Origin: Rhizophagus irregularis
Taxonomy: Eukaryota
Direction of reading: 5' to 3'
NCBI RefSeq assembly: GCF_026210795.1
Contig: NC_089430.1
Location: forward strand, 5,518,001 to 5,582,000
DNA: 64,000 bases
Positions within the stretch are counted from its first letter, which is position 1, and every line of letters starts with the position of its first letter. Below the pieces are notes generated by a model that saw only the letters and a program-made list of their open reading frames with translations, ran no database searches and had not been told where the DNA came from. Shown one piece after another: positions 62,701-64,000 of the stretch. A program made the translations under genes and the position numbers.

Positions 62701-64000
62701 ACATAAGATTAACTAAATGGTCTATTTCATTCTTGATCTTGAACATTAAATAATTTCCATCATGTTCAATATTAAAATACACTCCCAGGATACGCATAGG
62801 TTCGTGTGGATGTTTGGCTTTAATATTAATTACTTTACGACCAAACTTGATTGAAATTTTATCATTGTAATTATGAGAGTATTTACGCTTCTCAGTAGTA
62901 GTCCTCATCATAAGCTCAGATTTTTCTTTGTTGATTTGAATATCGTTAAGACGATAAAATGTATCAGCGATGTATAACATCTTTTCCAATTTTGATTTTT
63001 CATCAGTAATCCATTGAGTATTATCCATATACGCCATAATGGAGACATTTTGTTGATTAATAACACCTTCTTCTTGAACAACTGATTTTGATATGCAAGA
63101 AATATTATATCCTAATTGTTGTTTATCAATTTCTGCTAAAAGAGGATCGTAATAAATACACCAAAGCAACGGTGAAATTACTTCTCCTTGATCAATTCCT
63201 GTAAGAACATCATAAGGTGCAGTTTTTCCATATGCAGTGATTACTTGATTTTTTCTATCTTTAAAAGTTCTAAAATGAGGGATGAAAAATCGTTAGGAAT
63301 TTTAATTCTATCCATTGCTTTTTTGAGTTGAAAGATGTTCACACGATCATAAGCCTTTTCCATATCCTGAGAGAGTATCCATAATTCATTATTATTATCG
63401 ATTGAATCTTGAATAACTTCGTTCATAATCCTTATCGGTTCAAATGTTGATTGTTTAGGCAGACCAGCGAATTGGTTTGCCTTTAATACATTATTATCTT
63501 TCAAAATAATTGCTAAACGACGATTTAGCAAGGAAATGAGTGCTTTTCGAGTGGTTTCTAAAAGAGTAATAGGGCGAGAGTTTGATAATTCACAATTAAA
63601 AGGTTTAGGTTTAGCAATAGGAAAGACCGTCGCTTCTTTCCATTGTTTTGGTAAATATCCCAATTCTATAATCTTACAAATCAAATAATATAAAATATGA
63701 TTACAATCATCACTTAAATGTTTCAACATTTCATTCGACACGCCAGAAGGTCCTGTTGCTTTTCCATTAGATAATTGTCGAATAATATCTAACCATTCAT
63801 CAAAAGATGGAGCGTCCATAATGCTAGAATATATATTTTCGTTAACATGAGGCTGTGGTTTATATTGATCTTTCCATCTGCCTTGTATTGGTTTCTTTCT
63901 ATTAACAGAGCCTGCTACAGTTTGAAAATGATGATTTGTTTCTTCCATCACCTGATACTCATCTGTAATTAAAACTTCATTACCATTATGATCTTTCTTA
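59790..64000 (-). mobile_element. Non-LTR retrotransposon (LINE) with RT, RNase H and C-terminal zinc finger; disabled; 5' part lies outside the window
   Basis: RT motifs KATGPSG, SRPITLLE, QFAG, DMEKAYD, GIDQGEVISPLLW and YMDN. RNase H motifs YTDGS, GELLA, TDS and GNNYVD. Zinc finger CPICG..ETFTHVWMC. A 1-nt frameshift near 63265 separates ORFs 63241-63951 and 60092-63169. A 3' UTR and (TAAAAA)n tail lie at ~59784-59804. Confidence 0.95.

Noticed and set aside
60092..63951. Reverse transcriptase acting as a diversity-generating retroelement on the kinase arrays
   Set aside because: It is an ordinary LINE ORF2 with RNase H, zinc finger and tail. No template/variable repeat pair was seen, and array units retain their introns, which indicates DNA-level duplication.

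Overview
Very AT-rich, intron-containing eukaryotic DNA. Gene families (TKL-type kinases with a WTSGN-IDKFIQ-EWIPY leader, BTB-TLDc, AIG1-Hint/GIN1-like) and short AT-rich introns point to an arbuscular mycorrhizal fungus (Glomeromycota, Rhizophagus-like); this is inferred, not searched. The ~45 short ORFs in the track are not separate genes. They are exons of three giant kinase genes (1390-10633 minus, 20395-26476 plus, 36961-48213 minus). In each, a ~500-bp exon+intron unit encoding a Cys motif plus a kinase N-lobe-like module is tandemly repeated 16, 10 and 20 times ahead of a single catalytic C-lobe exon. All array introns are phase 0 at the same position, the units show hypervariable patches and recombinational mosaicism, and the two minus-strand genes end in an array of 45-nt microexons. 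The window also holds a BTB-TLDc gene, a membrane-anchored AIG1 GTPase-Hint (GIN1-like) gene with a truncated paralogue, degenerate kinase pseudogenes, a ~12.7-kb segmental duplication, hAT MITEs with 8-bp TSDs, a CMC-type element with a 3-bp TSD, a retroposed-looking orphan-ORF insertion, a ~173-bp satellite and a disabled RNase H-bearing LINE running off the window end.
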